Source: Bdellovibrionales bacterium | GTDB lineage: Bacteria; Bdellovibrionota; Bdellovibrionia; Bdellovibrionales; JAMPXM01 | DNA: 17,505 nucleotides | Direction of reading: 5' to 3' | Assembly (NCBI GenBank): GCA_043739185.1 | Contig: JAYUEN010000156.1 | Location: 1-17,505, forward strand | Shown: positions 15,723 to 17,505 of the stretch, piece after piece | Layout of the letters: the number at the start of each line of letters is the position of its first letter | Position numbering within the stretch: position 1 is the stretch's first letter | Made by a program: the position numbers and the translations under genes | Notes under the pieces: generated by a model | What the model was told of the DNA's origin: nothing | Databases searched by the model: none | The model's input: only the letters and a program-made list of their open reading frames with translations

Positions 15723-17018
15723 GTGCCAGGAATTATTGTTGTTGGATCTCAGTGGGGCGATGAAGGCAAAGGCAAAGTAATTGATGTATTTTCGGCGCAA
15801 GCTGATTTCGTCGTCCGATATCAGGGCGGTGCCAATGCTGGCCATACTCTTGTCGTTAACGGAGTTAAAACGGTTTTGCATTTGGTTCCATCAGGAATTT
15901 TGCATCCTAAAACTATTTGTATCATTGCCGCAGGGGTTGCCCTTGATGTTGAAGAAGTCGTCAATGAAATTAGCGCACTTAAAAAAGCCGAGCTTCTGCA
16001 AAATCCCGAACAATTGAAAATTAGCGACTCAGCTACGGTTTTGCTAAGCTATCATCGCCTGATTGATACCTCTCGCGAAAAGGCCCTAGGAAACGAAAAG
16101 ATCGGAACCACTGGCAAAGGCATTGGCCCGGCCTATGAAGACCGTGCCTCACGAATGGCGATTTTATTTGGCGATTTGTTTAATAAAGAAAATTTAAAAG
16201 CCAAACTCGATGCCTCGCTTAAAGAGAAAAACTTTTTGCTCGAGAAGTTTTACAAAGTTGAACCTGTAGACTCAATGAAGCTTTATAAACGCCTTGTCGA
16301 AATCGCAGATATCTTAGCTCCGTACCGCTGCAAGGACGCCTCTTTAATGGTTCACAAAGCCCTTAAGAGCGGCAAGAAGGTACTTTTTGAGGGTGCGCAA
16401 GGGACCATGCTTGATATTCTTCACGGAACTTATCCCTTTGTAACCAGCTCTTCGACGCTTTCAGGTTCAGCCTGTGTTGGAGCAGGAATTGGCCCCAATG
16501 CGGTTCAAAAAATTATTGGCATTACCAAGGCCTATACCACTCGCGTGGGTAGCGGTCCCTTCCCTACAGAATTAGACAATCCGATTGGCGAAAAAATCAG
16601 AGCCGAAGGAGCCGAATTCGGCGCCACGACAGGTAGACCGAGACGTTGCGGTTGGCTTGATCTCGTGGCCCTCAAATACGCAATTCGAGTGAATGGAATA
16701 ACCAATTTAGCACTTATGAAGCTCGATGTATTGAGTGGCCATAAGGAAATTGAAGTTTGCACGAGCTACAAGCTCGATGGTCAAGAAATCAAGGATCTCC
16801 CCACATCTCCTAATGAATTGAGCCGAATTGAGCCCTTGTATAAGACTCTGCCAGGCTGGAGTGAGGACATTTCACAGGTCAGATCGATTCAAGATCTACC
16901 GCAATCAGCAAGAGATTATGTTCAGTTCATAGGGAACGAAGTTGCAACCCCAATTGATGTTGTCAGTGTCGGGCCCGGTCGCGAACAAACTTTATGGATC
17001 AAACCTCTCTTCAATTAG
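15723..17018 (+). CDS. purA: Adenylosuccinate synthetase
   Basis: QWGDEGKGK, GGANAGHT, IGTTGKGIGPAY, FEGAQG, TTGRPRRCGW. GTG start with AAGGAG RBS. Confidence 0.98.
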   Translation: MPGIIVVGSQWGDEGKGKVIDVFSAQADFVVRYQGGANAGHTLVVNGVKTVLHLVPSGILHPKTICIIAAGVALDVEEVVNEISALKKAELLQNPEQLKISDSATVLLSYHRLIDTSREKALGNEKIGTTGKGIGPAYEDRASRMAILFGDLFNKENLKAKLDASLKEKNFLLEKFYKVEPVDSMKLYKRLVEIADILAPYRCKDASLMVHKALKSGKKVLFEGAQGTMLDILHGTYPFVTSSSTLSGSACVGAGIGPNAVQKIIGITKAYTTRVGSGPFPTELDNPIGEKIRAEGAEFGATTGRPRRCGWLDLVALKYAIRVNGITNLALMKLDVLSGHKEIEVCTSYKLDGQEIKDLPTSPNELSRIEPLYKTLPGWSEDISQVRSIQDLPQSARDYVQFIGNEVATPIDVVSVGPGREQTLWIKPLFN

Positions 17019-17063
17019 AGATTTGAAATTTGTATATTGGGTCGTTTGCCATACTATCGGGCG

Positions 17064-17088
17064 AAAGCTCGGTGATTTCGGCTTTTTT
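17064..17088 (+). terminator. Probable rho-independent terminator after purA
   Basis: AAAGCTCGG-TGATT-TCGGCTTT imperfect stem running into a T tract. Confidence 0.55.
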
Positions 17089-17130
17089 ATGGGTGTTTTT
17101 TATGCACGTAAAAGATTTTTTCGCAATTCG

Positions 17131-17159
17131 TTGACAACTTAACGAAACTTTCAGAAAAC
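17131..17159 (+). promoter_or_regulatory. Possible tRNA operon promoter
   Basis: Perfect TTGACA at 17131-17136 with AT-rich sequence upstream; the -10 box is poor. Confidence 0.35.
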
Positions 17160-17181
17160 AACTGTTCTTTTGATTCTTTGG

Positions 17182-17257
17182 GAGCCGATAGCTCAGCCGG
17201 TAGAGCATATCCCTTTTAAGGATAGGGTCGATGGTTCGAATCCATCTCGGCTCACCA
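17182..17257 (+). tRNA. tRNA-Lys (anticodon TTT)
   Basis: Acceptor stem GAGCCGA/TCGGCTC, anticodon arm TATCC-CTTTTAA-GGATA, T loop TTCGAAT, encoded CCA; 76 nt. Confidence 0.98.
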
Positions 17258-17298
17258 TTTTTTTCAAAAGAAGTTGCGCCCCTGGCGCAATGTCTTGT

Positions 17299-17422
17299 TT
17301 CAGCGTCACTCACTTAAGTCAAATCGAGGCGCCACGATCGAGACGTCTGAGTCGTAGTCATCTACGACGAAGGAAGTCGAGTGAGGAGCAACGAAGAGTT
17401 GGCTTAAGTCAGTGACGCTGAA
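17299..17422. repeat. REP/MITE-like structured element in the tRNA spacer
   Basis: 24-bp inverted arms (17299-17322 and 17399-17422, 22/24 complementary) around 76 nt that contain the hairpin GTCGTAG-TCAT-CTACGAC. Confidence 0.75.
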
Positions 17423-17426
17423 CTGT

Positions 17427-17502
17427 GTTCCCATCGTCTAGCGGCCTAGGACACCTCCCTTTCACGGAGGATACACCGGTTCAAATCCGGTTGGGAACGC
17501 CA
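17427..17502 (+). tRNA. tRNA-Glu (anticodon TTC)
   Basis: Acceptor stem GTTCCCA/TGGGAAC, anticodon arm CCTCC-CTTTCAC-GGAGG, T loop TTCAAAT, encoded CCA; 76 nt. Confidence 0.98.
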
Positions 17503-17505
17503 ATT

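Noticed and set aside
17346..17372. Hammerhead ribozyme (CUGA-hairpin-GAA)
   Set aside because: Core needs CUGANGA and GAAA; the sequence has CUGAGUC and GAAG, and no flanking stems.
17323..17398. Degenerate tRNA in the 76-nt loop
   Set aside because: No acceptor stem, TTC loop or CCA; the length is coincidental.
17011..17415. ORFs 17011-17313 (-) and 17170-17415 (+)
   Set aside because: They overlap tRNA-Lys and the repeat element; spurious.
1..17505. CRISPR array, prophage or integrase at the tRNAs
   Set aside because: No regularly spaced direct repeats, integrase, phage genes or duplicated tRNA 3' end seen within the window.

Overview
Mostly a core-genome housekeeping window from a Gram-negative bacterium, probably Bdellovibrionota or a related former deltaproteobacterium (inferred from gene order and protein style, not from a search). 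Order: bamA (minus strand, runs off the left edge, absent from the ORF track) | solitary Y1 HUH (IS200/RAYT-like) transposase (+) | lolD, lolC/E, prfB with an intact programmed +1 frameshift, ybeY and a 7TM-HD PgpH-like phosphodiesterase (all -) | mazG, rpsT (+) | PilZ protein, holA, lptE (-) | class V aminotransferase, serA-like dehydrogenase, purA, tRNA-Lys(TTT), tRNA-Glu(TTC) (+). The best candidate for an unexplained system has three parts: a stand-alone HUH tyrosine transposase without TnpB between lolD and bamA, a 124-nt element with 24-bp inverted arms and a GTAG/CTAC inner hairpin between the two tRNAs, and a degenerate inverted-repeat pair bracketing the PilZ gene. Any link between them is a hypothesis. 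Also noted: a near-identical promoter motif shared by bamA and lptE, and several probable leaderless genes.
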